A stretch of 64,000 nt of DNA. Source: an uncultured delta proteobacterium. GTDB lineage: Bacteria > Desulfobacterota > Binatia > Binatales > Binataceae. Positions 19,855 through 29,492 of this stretch are shown here, in pieces (the first letter of the stretch is position 1; each line of letters opens with the position of its first letter). The stretch spans positions 384,001 to 448,000 of the forward strand of contig CAVRVY010000001.1 of NCBI GenBank assembly GCA_963724765.1, read 5' to 3'. The translations under genes were made by a program, and so were the position numbers. The notes under the pieces are model-generated. The model ran no database searches, was not told the origin of the DNA, and saw nothing but the letters and a program-made list of their open reading frames with translations.

Positions 19855-20904
19855 TCAAGCCTCCGTGCGCTCGAGCCCGTCGATGATCCGATCCGCCATC
19901 GAACGGAAGGACGCGGTGACCGGATGGTCCGGGCGCACTGCGACCAGCGGACGCGCGTAGTCGCCGCCCTCGCGCAATTCGCGGACCAGCGGAAGTTCGC
20001 CCAAAAACGGCACACCCAGGTCGTGCGCCAGCCGCTCGCCGCCGCCGTGCGCGAAAATCTCGTGGCGCGCGCCGCACTTGCGGCAGATGTGATAGCTCAT
20101 GTTCTCGATCACGCCCAGCACCGGCACGTTGACTTCCTGGAACATCGTGACACCGCGCCGCACGTCCATCAGCGCGACTTCCTGCGGCGTGGTGACGACG
20201 ATCCCGCCGGCCAACGCGACGCGCTGGGTTATCGTGAGCTGGGCGTCGCCAGTGCCCGGCGGCAGATCTAACACCAGACAGTCGAGTTCGCCCCACTCAA
20301 CGTTGAACAGGAACTCGGTCTCCAGCTTGGTCACCATCGGGCCGCGCCAGATGACGGCCGTCTCGTCGTTCACGAACAGCGCCATCGAGATGTAGCGGAT
20401 GCCGAAGCTTTCCAGCGGGATGATGCGGCGCTCCGGCGTGAGCTCGACGCGCTGGTCGGACCCGACCATCATCGCGACGCTCGGCCCGTAAACGTCGGCG
20501 TCCATCAGGCCGATGCGCCATCCCGCCGCGCGCATCGCCAGCGCCAGGTTCACCGCGACGGTCGATTTGCCGACGCCGCCCTTGCCACTGGCCACCGCGA
20601 GAACGTGACGCACGCCGGGCACGAGCCGCCGATGCGATCCGGGGGCCATCTTTGGAGTGCTCGCGGCCTGCTCCATGTGCACGTCGACGGCCGGAACGCC
20701 CGGCATCGCGGCAACCGTGCGGCGGACGTCGTCGACAATCTGCGCCACCACCTCGGAATTCGCGCTTGGCGCGGTCAGCGTCACGGTGACGCCCTTGTAT
20801 GCGATCTCGATATCCTTGACCATGCCGAAGGAGACGATGTCGCGGGTGAAGCCGGGGTATTTGACTTTCTTGAGTTCGACCAGAATTTCGTTGGGAGTAG
20901 GCAT
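19855..20904 (-). CDS. apbC: Mrp/ApbC/NBP35 Fe-S carrier ATPase
   Basis: VASGKGGVGKST, DADVYGPS, WRGPM, DLPPGTGD, ENMS..CRKC. Confidence 0.93.
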   Translation of the reverse strand: MPTPNEILVELKKVKYPGFTRDIVSFGMVKDIEIAYKGVTVTLTAPSANSEVVAQIVDDVRRTVAAMPGVPAVDVHMEQAASTPKMAPGSHRRLVPGVRHVLAVASGKGGVGKSTVAVNLALAMRAAGWRIGLMDADVYGPSVAMMVGSDQRVELTPERRIIPLESFGIRYISMALFVNDETAVIWRGPMVTKLETEFLFNVEWGELDCLVLDLPPGTGDAQLTITQRVALAGGIVVTTPQEVALMDVRRGVTMFQEVNVPVLGVIENMSYHICRKCGARHEIFAHGGGERLAHDLGVPFLGELPLVRELREGGDYARPLVAVRPDHPVTASFRSMADRIIDGLERTEA

Positions 20905-21014
20905 CTATAGGTTGCGGCGCGACGGTGCACCAGGCGCCTCCTTTACGACCGCGACTCGATGTTATCATTCCCGAAGTATGGGAAAAACGCGCCGAGCACC
21001 AAGGCAGGAGATCG

Positions 21015-22994
21015 ATGTCGTGCGCGGCTAAGCCTCAAAACGGCGTGCGAGTCGGCCACGCGGCTGACGCGGGCGCCGTCGTGCGCTTTGCGGCGCACGA
21101 ACTCGCCGCTGGCCTGGATGCGATGCTGCTCGAGACTGCGCGGGTCGAAGCCGTCAACGGTCTCGACCCGCGCAGTCTCGCCGTAGAGGTGGCGGCCGCG
21201 GCGCAAAGCGCCGCGGCCGCCACCTCTACGTCTGCGCGTCCCGCGGCAACGCCGCAGGACGCAGCTTCGTCATCCGGGAGCGCCGCGCGCGAGCGCGCGG
21301 CGCTCCCGGATGACAGCTTCGCGTTGCAGCGCGGTCCTGCGCCCGGCGCCGCCGGCGCCGGGCGCGGGGCCGCGCTGATCGTCGCAGGCGCCTCGGAGCG
21401 CGGTGCGCTCCACGGAGCCTACGACCTGCTCGAGCGCCTGGGCGCGCACTTCGCACTTAGCCGGGCGCCCGCGCTGCCGCGCATAGAACTGGCGCAGCTC
21501 GCGATGCTCGCGCCATATCGCGTCGCGCCGGCATTTAGCCGGCGCGCCCTCGTCTCGGACATCATGACCTGGCACTACGAGAACGCCGAGCGCCTGCGGA
21601 TGCGTCTCGCGGAGGACAGCGCGTTCATCTCCTGGATGGGGCGTCGCGGCATCAACGCATTTTCATACATCCGCCATGCGCAGGATACGCGGCTCAAGAT
21701 CGATGAAGTCGCTCCGATGTTGGCCGAGCGCGGCATCGAGGCGGAATACGGCGGCCACGTGCCCCAGCTTTTGGTGCCGCGCGATCGATTTGCGGCGCAT
21801 CCGGAGTACTTTCCGTGCGGCGAGGACGGCCGGCGGATGGAGAGCGGGAACCTGTGCGTGTCGAATCGGGAGGCGCTCGAATTGGTGCGTGCCGGAGCGC
21901 TCGGTTACGTGCGCGACAACCCCGAGATGGCGATGCTGCACGTATGGGGCGCCGACATACGGCGAGGCGCGTGGTGCCGATGCGGTGAATGCGCGGCATT
22001 GTCGCCGCAGCTCCAGTACATGAAGGTGGTCAACGCGATTGCGGCGGCGCTGGCGCCGGCGGGCGACGCGGCGCCGCCGGTCACTTATCTAGCCTATCAC
22101 GACACGTTGGACCCGGATCCCGCGCTGCATCCGTTCGAGAACGTTTGGTTCGAATGGGCGCCGCGCGAGCGATGCTACGGTCACGCGATCGACGATCCGG
22201 CTTGCGCGGTGAATCCGCGCTACCTGGAGTCGCTCAAGCGTTACGTCGAGATGTTCGACGGGCGCGGCGCAGTCTTCGAGTATTACGCCGATGCGATCCT
22301 GTTCGGCGGGATGGGATTCGCGACGCCATCGATCATTTTGCGTGATCTCAACGCATACCATCGGATGGGCCTGCGGAGCATTTCATGCCTGACTTTCGGC
22401 GGGTTCAGCGCGCTCGCCTATCCGGTCAACCTGGAGACCTTCGCGCGCGCGACCCGCTCACTCGACCTCGATCCCGAGGCGACCGTGGACGAGATCGCGG
22501 CGGCGCGATATCCGGGATGCGGCGCTGCGATGGCTCGGGCGTATCGTGCGATCGCGCGGGCCTCCGCGATGGCGCTTACCTATGGCGACGTGATGCGTCC
22601 GCCGCGGGAGCCGGCCGGCGCGGCGCAAAGACGCGCGCGGCTGCTGCAAGCGGCGGCGGCGACGCGCGAAGGCGTGGCCGCGGCCGGCGCGATAATCTCA
22701 GGCGCCGTGGGAGACTTGGGCGACGCGGCGGCGAAGCCGCAGCTTGGCGCAGAGCGCGATTTGTGGGAATACAGCGCTGAGGCTCTGGAAGGCGTCGCGC
22801 AGTGGCTACAGGCGCGGACGCTGAAGGGTGCCGAGCGCCGCGCGACGGGTGCGCAGGCGATTGACAAGGTCGATCGTGCGATCCGCCAGGTCCGCGAAAT
22901 CGATTCCGCGCTGAAAGGTACTTGGGGTGCTTACGATCTGGAGCGCTTACACGGGATTTGGCTCGAAGGACTGAGGCGCCGGCTGGACCAGTAG
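21015..22994 (+). CDS. DUF4838-like glycoside-hydrolase-fold protein
   Basis: AGGAG RBS; GALHGAYDLLERLG, HPEYF, LCVSN, WCRCGEC, YLAYHDT, FEYY. Confidence 0.7.
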   Translation: MSCAAKPQNGVRVGHAADAGAVVRFAAHELAAGLDAMLLETARVEAVNGLDPRSLAVEVAAAAQSAAAATSTSARPAATPQDAASSSGSAARERAALPDDSFALQRGPAPGAAGAGRGAALIVAGASERGALHGAYDLLERLGAHFALSRAPALPRIELAQLAMLAPYRVAPAFSRRALVSDIMTWHYENAERLRMRLAEDSAFISWMGRRGINAFSYIRHAQDTRLKIDEVAPMLAERGIEAEYGGHVPQLLVPRDRFAAHPEYFPCGEDGRRMESGNLCVSNREALELVRAGALGYVRDNPEMAMLHVWGADIRRGAWCRCGECAALSPQLQYMKVVNAIAAALAPAGDAAPPVTYLAYHDTLDPDPALHPFENVWFEWAPRERCYGHAIDDPACAVNPRYLESLKRYVEMFDGRGAVFEYYADAILFGGMGFATPSIILRDLNAYHRMGLRSISCLTFGGFSALAYPVNLETFARATRSLDLDPEATVDEIAAARYPGCGAAMARAYRAIARASAMALTYGDVMRPPREPAGAAQRRARLLQAAAATREGVAAAGAIISGAVGDLGDAAAKPQLGAERDLWEYSAEALEGVAQWLQARTLKGAERRATGAQAIDKVDRAIRQVREIDSALKGTWGAYDLERLHGIWLEGLRRRLDQ

Positions 22995-23026
22995 ATCGCA
23001 AACCGGAGCACATCGCACGGGAGGCT

Positions 23027-24202
23027 ATGCGTCAGATGGAGAACGGCAATAACGGCTTCGTGCTGTCGGAAGAGCTGACCGCGCTGCGCGAGCAAGTCAA
23101 GCGCATCATCCGCGACGAGATCATTCCGATCGAAAACCGTCTCGATCCGGATGCGCCCGAGATTCCCGAGGGCGATTTCTGGCCGCTCGCGCGCAAGACT
23201 CAGGCCGCCGGCCTGTGGTGCATGGGCGTGGCGACGAAATACGGCGGCGGTGGACTCGGCACGTTCGAGATGTGCGTGCTGATGGAAGAAATGGCGCAGC
23301 ATCGGATGGGCCTGTACAACCCGGGTGCGGGCGTGTTCGGGCGTACGCCGCCGCCGGTGATCTGGGCCGGCACCGAGGAACAGATCCAGAAATACGCCGT
23401 CCCCACGATCAAGAACGCCTCCTATACTTTTTTTGCGATTACCGAGCCGTCGGGCGGATCCGATCCAGCCGGCGCGATCCAATGCCGCGCGGTACGCAAG
23501 GGCGACACCTACGTGCTGAACGGCACCAAGATTTTCTCCTCCCACGCGCACGAGGCCGAATGGGGCGTAGTGTTCACGCGCACCGATCCCAATGCTGGCC
23601 GCTCAGGTATCACTGCTTTCATCGTCAACAAGAACACGCCCGGCTTCACAGCGCGCCCATTCAAGGTCCTGCGCACGGCGGCGCTGCCGTGCGAGGTCCA
23701 TTTCGAGGATTGCACACTGCCGGCCGAGCAGCGGCTCGGGCCCGAGGGCGGCGGGCTGACGCTGTGCCTCGATTTGCTGACGCGGCTGCGCTTCCCTTAC
23801 TCGGCCTGCAACATCGGCGTCGGCGTGGCGGCGCTCAGGATGGCGGTGGCGCATGCCAAGCAGCGCAAAACCTTCGGCGAGTTGCTGGCGCGCCGCCAGG
23901 CGATCCAATGGATGCTCGCCGATTCGGAAGTCGAGTTGCGCGCGGCGCGTTGGCTTACCTGGGACGGCGCGTGGAAGGCCGACCGCGGCGAGGATGCGAG
24001 GATGGAAGCGTCGATCGCGAAGTTGTATTCGAGCGAGGCGCTCGGCCGCGTGATCGACCGCGCGGTGCAAATCCACGGCGGCTATGGTGTGAGCAAGGAG
24101 TTCCCGCTAGAGCGATGGTACCGCGAGGCGCGCATCCGCCGGATCGGCGAAGGCCCCTCGGAAGTCCATCGGATGGTGATCGCGCGCAACCTGCTGCGCT
24201 GA
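23027..24202 (+). CDS. acyl-CoA dehydrogenase family protein
   Basis: FAITEPSGGSD, LNGTKIF, AVQIHGGYG, RIGEGPSEV. Confidence 0.95.
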   Translation: MRQMENGNNGFVLSEELTALREQVKRIIRDEIIPIENRLDPDAPEIPEGDFWPLARKTQAAGLWCMGVATKYGGGGLGTFEMCVLMEEMAQHRMGLYNPGAGVFGRTPPPVIWAGTEEQIQKYAVPTIKNASYTFFAITEPSGGSDPAGAIQCRAVRKGDTYVLNGTKIFSSHAHEAEWGVVFTRTDPNAGRSGITAFIVNKNTPGFTARPFKVLRTAALPCEVHFEDCTLPAEQRLGPEGGGLTLCLDLLTRLRFPYSACNIGVGVAALRMAVAHAKQRKTFGELLARRQAIQWMLADSEVELRAARWLTWDGAWKADRGEDARMEASIAKLYSSEALGRVIDRAVQIHGGYGVSKEFPLERWYREARIRRIGEGPSEVHRMVIARNLLR

Positions 24203-24246
24203 GCGCGCGTGGCGGCGCCGCGCAGCGACGAGGGAGAGAGAGTCGG

Positions 24247-25434
24247 ATGGGGCTGCCGCTCGAGGGAATCCGCGTGATCGATCTGGGTCAGATTTTCGCC
24301 GCACCATATTGCACCCTGCAACTCGCCCAGATGGGCGCCGAGATCATCAAGATCGAACCGCCCGGCGTGGGCGAGAGCCTGCGGCGAGCGGACTCGTCGC
24401 CGGGCGGCGTCGGCTATTCCTTTCTGATGCTCAACGCCAACAAGCGTTCGGTGACGCTCAACCTGAAGCATCCGCGCGGCCGCGAGATCATCCTCAAGCT
24501 CATCGATCGCGCCGACGTGTTGGTCGAGAATTACTCGGCCGGCGTGATGGAGTCCTTCGGGCTCGGCTACGAGGACCTGCGCGGTCGCTTCCCGCGCCTG
24601 GTTTACGCCAGCGCCAAGGGCTACGCGAGCGATGGCCCATGGGCGCGCCTGGGCGCGATGGACTCCACGGTGCAGGCAAGCTCGGGCTTTATGAGCGTGA
24701 CCGGCTATCCGGATCGCAGCGGGGTGAAGACGCCCGCTACTTTCATCGACATGGGTACCGGCAGCCATCTCACCAGCGGCATCCTGGCCGCGCTGCTGCA
24801 GCGCGAGCGCAGCGGGCGCGGGCAAAAGGTCGAGGTCGCGATGCTCGACGTGTGCGTGCCGGCGCTGACCGGGCTCATCGCCGATCAACTGCAGGCGCGC
24901 AAGCCGGAGCGTCTCGGCAATCGCCATCGCAACGCCTGTCCGTCCGACGTCTATCCGGCCGCCGACGGCGAGATTCTGATTTTCTGCCTGACCGAGCCGC
25001 ACTGGCGCACGCTGGCGCGGCTGATGGGGCGCGAGGATTTGATCGGCGATCCCCGTTTCGGGAATCACGCGACGCGCCTTGCCAACGTCGACGAGGTCGA
25101 TCGCGCGGTTGCGGGATGGACGCGCGGCAAGCGCCGCGACCAACTTATCGCGGCGCTCATCAATGCGGGTGTGCCGTCTGCGCCGGTGCGCACGGTCGAA
25201 GAATTGACGGCCGATCCCGAGGTGGTGCGTCGTGGGATGCTGCTCGACAGCGAATTTCCAACCCGTGGCGCGATCAAGGTCGCCGGATCGCCGATCAAGC
25301 TGTCGGAGTCGCCGCAACCCGAGCATCCGCGGATCCGTCCGCCGGTGCTGGGTGAGCATACCGCCGAAGTGCTGGCGAGCGTCGGAATCGACGCGGCCGA
25401 ATTCGAGCGGCTGCGCGCCGGCGGCGTGGTCTGA
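24247..25434 (+). CDS. CaiB/BaiF family III CoA-transferase
   Basis: PLEGIRVIDL, GAEIIKIEPP, NANKRSVTLNLK, ADVLVEN, PVLGEHT; the real start lies inside track ORF 23215. Confidence 0.93.
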   Translation: MGLPLEGIRVIDLGQIFAAPYCTLQLAQMGAEIIKIEPPGVGESLRRADSSPGGVGYSFLMLNANKRSVTLNLKHPRGREIILKLIDRADVLVENYSAGVMESFGLGYEDLRGRFPRLVYASAKGYASDGPWARLGAMDSTVQASSGFMSVTGYPDRSGVKTPATFIDMGTGSHLTSGILAALLQRERSGRGQKVEVAMLDVCVPALTGLIADQLQARKPERLGNRHRNACPSDVYPAADGEILIFCLTEPHWRTLARLMGREDLIGDPRFGNHATRLANVDEVDRAVAGWTRGKRRDQLIAALINAGVPSAPVRTVEELTADPEVVRRGMLLDSEFPTRGAIKVAGSPIKLSESPQPEHPRIRPPVLGEHTAEVLASVGIDAAEFERLRAGGVV

Positions 25435-25548
25435 ACGGCGCAGCGTTTGTGCATACGATAGACCCGCCGGCCACGCGCGCGTGAATTCTGACGCCCACTG
25501 ATCCAACTACGAAGCGAACGGCTGTGGCCGCCATGTTAGAACTGCGTC

Positions 25549-28029
25549 ATGGCGATGAATGAACGCGCTCCGGAGCCAGTCAATATCTCCGCTTTGAGCA
25601 GTTTGATCGAGTTCGGACCGCAAGTGGCGGATCGAGCCTCGCTGGAATCCATGCCGCGCGTGGGCACCGTCGAATTTTACCTGCTGACCGAAGCGGCGAA
25701 TCGCGCATGGGCCGCGGTAAGCGCCCGCGTTGCTTCGGGCGCTGGCGCGGTTTTCTGGATTGGCGGACCAGCCGGCGCGGGCAAAACCCATTTTCTGAAT
25801 TACGTGATGGCGCTCGAGGAGCGCGCAGGCTCGGCCAAGGGGCGGCGCGCGATCGTACGGCTCGGGCTTGAAGCTCAGGGGGGTGCTTACGATCTCGAGC
25901 AACGGATGTTCGAGTTGCTGGCGCGCGAGATCGGCGCGGGCGACGCGGGTGCGATGCTGTGGCGCCGGCTGCACGGTGGTGAGGCGCTGGGCGTCGCATT
26001 CGAGCAGGCCCATCGCGTCGGCCTCCGCGCCATCAGCGTCGCAATCGATTTCGGCGCGACCGACGCGGCGGCATGGGACGATTACTTCGCGGAACTCGCG
26101 CGCGTGGCCGCGCGCGAACACCAGATTGCATTCAACGTGTACGTTGCGGCGCGCACCAGGGCGCCCGCGAGCGCGATGGCGCTCGAGGTTGCGCCGGCTG
26201 ATGGCGGGGAACGGATGCTGGCAGCTTTAGCGCGGGCGCGCCAGGTCGTGGACGAGACGGCCGCCGCGGCGCTATACGACGGCGCCGACCTCGGCGGCTT
26301 TGAGCCGCGAGCGGTCTTCCCGTTCGATCCGCGGGCGATCGAAACGCTGCGTGACCAGGCGGGCGAGCCGGCGAGCGTGGCAGTTCTGGCAAGATTTGTT
26401 ATCGGGGCACTCGAGGCCTGGCGCGAAAGCGCCACCGACGGCCGCGGGCGGCCGCTTCTGCCGGTGGAGTTGATGGGGGTCGCGGCGGTGGCCAGGCGGG
26501 TGGACGAACGGCTGGGTGAGACCGGCCGCGCGGCGCTCCGAATTGCGCATCACGCCGCCGACGCGATGGAAGAACGCGGACTCGCGCGCGCCATCGTCGA
26601 TGCGTTGATGCTGGAGCGGCTCGGCGGCGGCGCTCATGCGCTTTCATCCCACGAGTTGCGCACCTGTCTGCCCGAGCGCTTGCAGCGCCGCGGCTCTGCT
26701 TCGGCAGCCAGCGCCGCAATCGCCGCGATGCTGCAGGCGCTGGCCGAACGCACCGGCGGGGTGATTGCTTTTGACGCGGGCGGGGCGTCGTTCAATCCGC
26801 GCGCCGCCGGAGCGCCCGAAGTCGCGGCCTTCAATAGGGCGCTGCCGCTTCTACAGCGTTTCGACTCGACCCTCACCGAGGCGGCCGAACTGGCCGAGTT
26901 GCGGAGCAGGTTCAAGCGCGCGAGCGACACGATGGCGCGGGCGGTGGAAGCGGCGCATCGCGTCGGCATAACATTGGAAGCGGCGCATCGCGAACTGCGG
27001 GCGGAGCTCAAGCCGGAGCATCGGCAAACCCTGGACGATTTTATCGCTCTCGCCGGCGCCGGTGCGGGCGCGCTTGTCGAGCAGGCGGCCGAGGAGCAAT
27101 CGCGCGCGCGGGCTGAGCGCGTCTTCGCCGCGTACGAGGCGCTGGCAACGGCGGCGGTGGCGGCGCCGCGGCTGCGCGAGATGCGCGAGTATCTGCGCGC
27201 GACCGAATTGATGCCCAACCTCGCGGGGGATATTGCGGCAGATGTCGTAGGAGATGCTCCTGCCGTAGACAAGGCCGTGGCGGCTCTGCAGGTCGAGTGC
27301 CAGCTCTTGCTCGCGGCGTTCGAAACCACGGTGCCGCGCTGGGATGCGCGCGGTTTCGACACGCTCCAGATACGCTTTCAGAAATTCAAATGGAACTATA
27401 TCCAGATCTATCAGGCCGCGCATGAACGCTGGCGGCGCGAGGGCGAGCGCCTCGCGATCGAGCTCGCGGACGCGCGCGAGCATTTCGGCGCATTGGGAAG
27501 GCTCAATTCGATCGCCGCGCTGGGCGCTCCCCTCGGTGGCGCTCTGGGGTCGCGGATCGAGGAGCTGGGGCGCCGGGTTGCGCGATGCGCGGCCGACGCG
27601 CCAATCACGATCGATCTCCTGCCGCGCTGTTCGCGATGCGGATTCGTGCTGGGAACGGTGTTGCCGGCTTCCGAGCTGGGCGAGGTCTTCGAGGAGATGA
27701 GACGCGCGCTCAAGACCAAGCTGTCCGCGCTTTCGCACGACGCGATTGCGCGCCTGATTCGCCAGCACGACCGCGGCCATCGGCTGGACGGCTTTCTCAA
27801 AATCACCCAGGCCGCCCATACCGATGCGCTGGTGCGCGTGCTCGATGATAATCTCGCGCGCTACCTCGGACGGCTGCTCGACGAGGTGGAAAACGATGCG
27901 CCAGACGAGGCACAAGATGAGGTACGCGATGAGCCGCCGGAATTGATCGAGCCCTTTGCGCGCTCGCGCCGCGACGCCTTGCGCAACGGCAAGCGGGAGG
28001 CCAGGGCGATCAAGCCGCGGTCCGAGTAA
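25549..28029 (+). CDS. large P-loop protein, DUF6079/BrxC-like
   Basis: Walker A GPAGAGKTH, VFPFDP, helical middle region, C-terminal YIQIYQAAH...CSRCGF. Confidence 0.6.
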   Translation: MAMNERAPEPVNISALSSLIEFGPQVADRASLESMPRVGTVEFYLLTEAANRAWAAVSARVASGAGAVFWIGGPAGAGKTHFLNYVMALEERAGSAKGRRAIVRLGLEAQGGAYDLEQRMFELLAREIGAGDAGAMLWRRLHGGEALGVAFEQAHRVGLRAISVAIDFGATDAAAWDDYFAELARVAAREHQIAFNVYVAARTRAPASAMALEVAPADGGERMLAALARARQVVDETAAAALYDGADLGGFEPRAVFPFDPRAIETLRDQAGEPASVAVLARFVIGALEAWRESATDGRGRPLLPVELMGVAAVARRVDERLGETGRAALRIAHHAADAMEERGLARAIVDALMLERLGGGAHALSSHELRTCLPERLQRRGSASAASAAIAAMLQALAERTGGVIAFDAGGASFNPRAAGAPEVAAFNRALPLLQRFDSTLTEAAELAELRSRFKRASDTMARAVEAAHRVGITLEAAHRELRAELKPEHRQTLDDFIALAGAGAGALVEQAAEEQSRARAERVFAAYEALATAAVAAPRLREMREYLRATELMPNLAGDIAADVVGDAPAVDKAVAALQVECQLLLAAFETTVPRWDARGFDTLQIRFQKFKWNYIQIYQAAHERWRREGERLAIELADAREHFGALGRLNSIAALGAPLGGALGSRIEELGRRVARCAADAPITIDLLPRCSRCGFVLGTVLPASELGEVFEEMRRALKTKLSALSHDAIARLIRQHDRGHRLDGFLKITQAAHTDALVRVLDDNLARYLGRLLDEVENDAPDEAQDEVRDEPPELIEPFARSRRDALRNGKREARAIKPRSE

Positions 28030-28120
28030 CCTTTACGCGCTGCAAAGACTCAGACGAACGACAACACGCCGCCGCGTCCGGTTCGACGACTCTCGCGGAT
28101 CTGCGGCCGGCGGCGGCCGG

Positions 28121-28387
28121 TCAGTTTGAGACTGGCGATTGAGGCCGCTTGCGCGGCTGCCCGGGAGGAAAGGCGCTGGCGGCTCTGCGGCGGCGCGGCT
28201 TGATGTTGAGCCGATCAAGTGCGCGGAAGTAAATGTTCCGCGCGACCTCCATGAACCACAACAGCGCGAGCCCCAGGCTCACGCCGACTCCATACAGTAC
28301 CGTGCCGAAAAATCCGCCCGCGCCGAGAGCCTCGGGCACGTGCGGCTCTTGCGAATTGCGGGCTTGCTCCTTAACCGGGTCCACCAT
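28121..28387 (-). CDS. small hypothetical membrane protein
   Basis: 88 aa, one hydrophobic segment followed by a basic tail. Confidence 0.5.
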   Translation of the reverse strand: MVDPVKEQARNSQEPHVPEALGAGGFFGTVLYGVGVSLGLALLWFMEVARNIYFRALDRLNIKPRRRRAASAFPPGQPRKRPQSPVSN

Positions 28388-28449
28388 CGGCTTTTACACT
28401 ATTGCGCAGCGCGTGGACGTGCAAGCGCTGACGCAGCAGCTTGACCGCA

Positions 28450-29256
28450 TCAGGCCGACGGCGAGGAACCGGATGCCGCCGGCGTCAACTTGATATTGTC
28501 GAAACTTACTTTTGAGTCGTTCTGCGACCACACCCCGATGCGTCCCTTCGCGAGCGTACCGTCGTCAGCCTGGAATACCTGCTTGCCGTCCAGGTACGCA
28601 ATGAAACGAGTGCCATGCGCGTCGACCTTGAAAGTATACCAGCGCCCGCGTTCCAGCGTCGCCGGAACTTGCTTGATCAAGGTCAACTGCCCGTTGCTCA
28701 TCCGATACAGAGCCAGGGTGTCTTTGGGACACGCGGCGGCAAGCACGTAGTAGTTCTGCGGATCGGTGTAGCGGAAGACCAGACCCGCATAGCTGCCCCA
28801 GGCGCCGCCCCACGGCTTGAAGGCGGCCTCGTAGCTGAAATCGGTATACTCAGTGGTGTCCTTGGGAATAGCCAGTAGATAATTATCGGTGAAAAACGAA
28901 TCGAACCAGAGCTTCACCTTTCCGGTATGCGGCAGGCCGTAACCCGGCAAACCCAGAGTGTTCGGCTCACTCGGTGCGTTGCGGTCGATAATCACCCGCC
29001 AATTGCCGGCGACCGCAATCCAATCCTGTGGCGTTGAGTAGCCGCGGTCGTGGTCGAAGTCCCAGGTCTTTGCCCCAGCCGCATCGGAGCCATCGGGCTT
29101 GGCCGCATCAGAGGGCGCCGACGCTTCGGCCGCTGCCGCAACCTCGGCCGCGGCCCGATGGCTCGCGGCAAGCGCTACGCTGGCCACCATCGCGAACGTA
29201 CCGGCGAGCGCGAATGCCCACAGCGCTGGGCACAATACACACTTCTTCTCAGTCAT
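28450..29256 (-). CDS. exported ConA-like/DUF1080 domain protein
   Basis: Signal peptide; AGLVFRYTDPQNYY, GRWYTFKV, GRIGVW...FDNI. Confidence 0.75.
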   Translation of the reverse strand: MTEKKCVLCPALWAFALAGTFAMVASVALAASHRAAAEVAAAAEASAPSDAAKPDGSDAAGAKTWDFDHDRGYSTPQDWIAVAGNWRVIIDRNAPSEPNTLGLPGYGLPHTGKVKLWFDSFFTDNYLLAIPKDTTEYTDFSYEAAFKPWGGAWGSYAGLVFRYTDPQNYYVLAAACPKDTLALYRMSNGQLTLIKQVPATLERGRWYTFKVDAHGTRFIAYLDGKQVFQADDGTLAKGRIGVWSQNDSKVSFDNIKLTPAASGSSPSA

Positions 29257-29323
29257 CTCCACCACCTTACTCAAAGTCCGAAATGTCCCAGGGACCGGGA
29301 TGGTCAAAAAACGATTGCGCACG

Positions 29324-29353
29324 ATTGTTTTGGATAGACGGCCGCTCTGTCAA
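29324..29353 (-). promoter_or_regulatory. putative sigma70 promoter for the DUF1080 gene
   Basis: TTGACA-N18-AACAAT on the minus strand. Confidence 0.4.
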
Positions 29354-29435
29354 GAAGCAAGTGAGTTTCGCCTTTTCTTCGATATAGCTATATCAACGCG
29401 ATAACTTCGATTTTCGCTACTCCGCAGCAATCGGA

Positions 29436-29485
29436 TTGACTTGACTGTGGTGGGAACGAGTGGGATGTTGTGGGAGGTCACGGGG
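29436..29485 (+). promoter_or_regulatory. dcw promoter with MraZ-binding boxes
   Basis: TTGACT -35 followed by TGGGA at 29451, 29461 and 29471 (exact 10-bp period) plus CGGGG at 29481, matching the known MraZ TGGGN repeats. Confidence 0.85.
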
Positions 29486-29492
29486 GATAGCG

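Noticed and set aside
23215-24246. Apparent 739-aa fusion ORF
   Set aside because: The N-terminal half is an alternative frame over the acyl-CoA dehydrogenase; the CoA-transferase starts at 24247.
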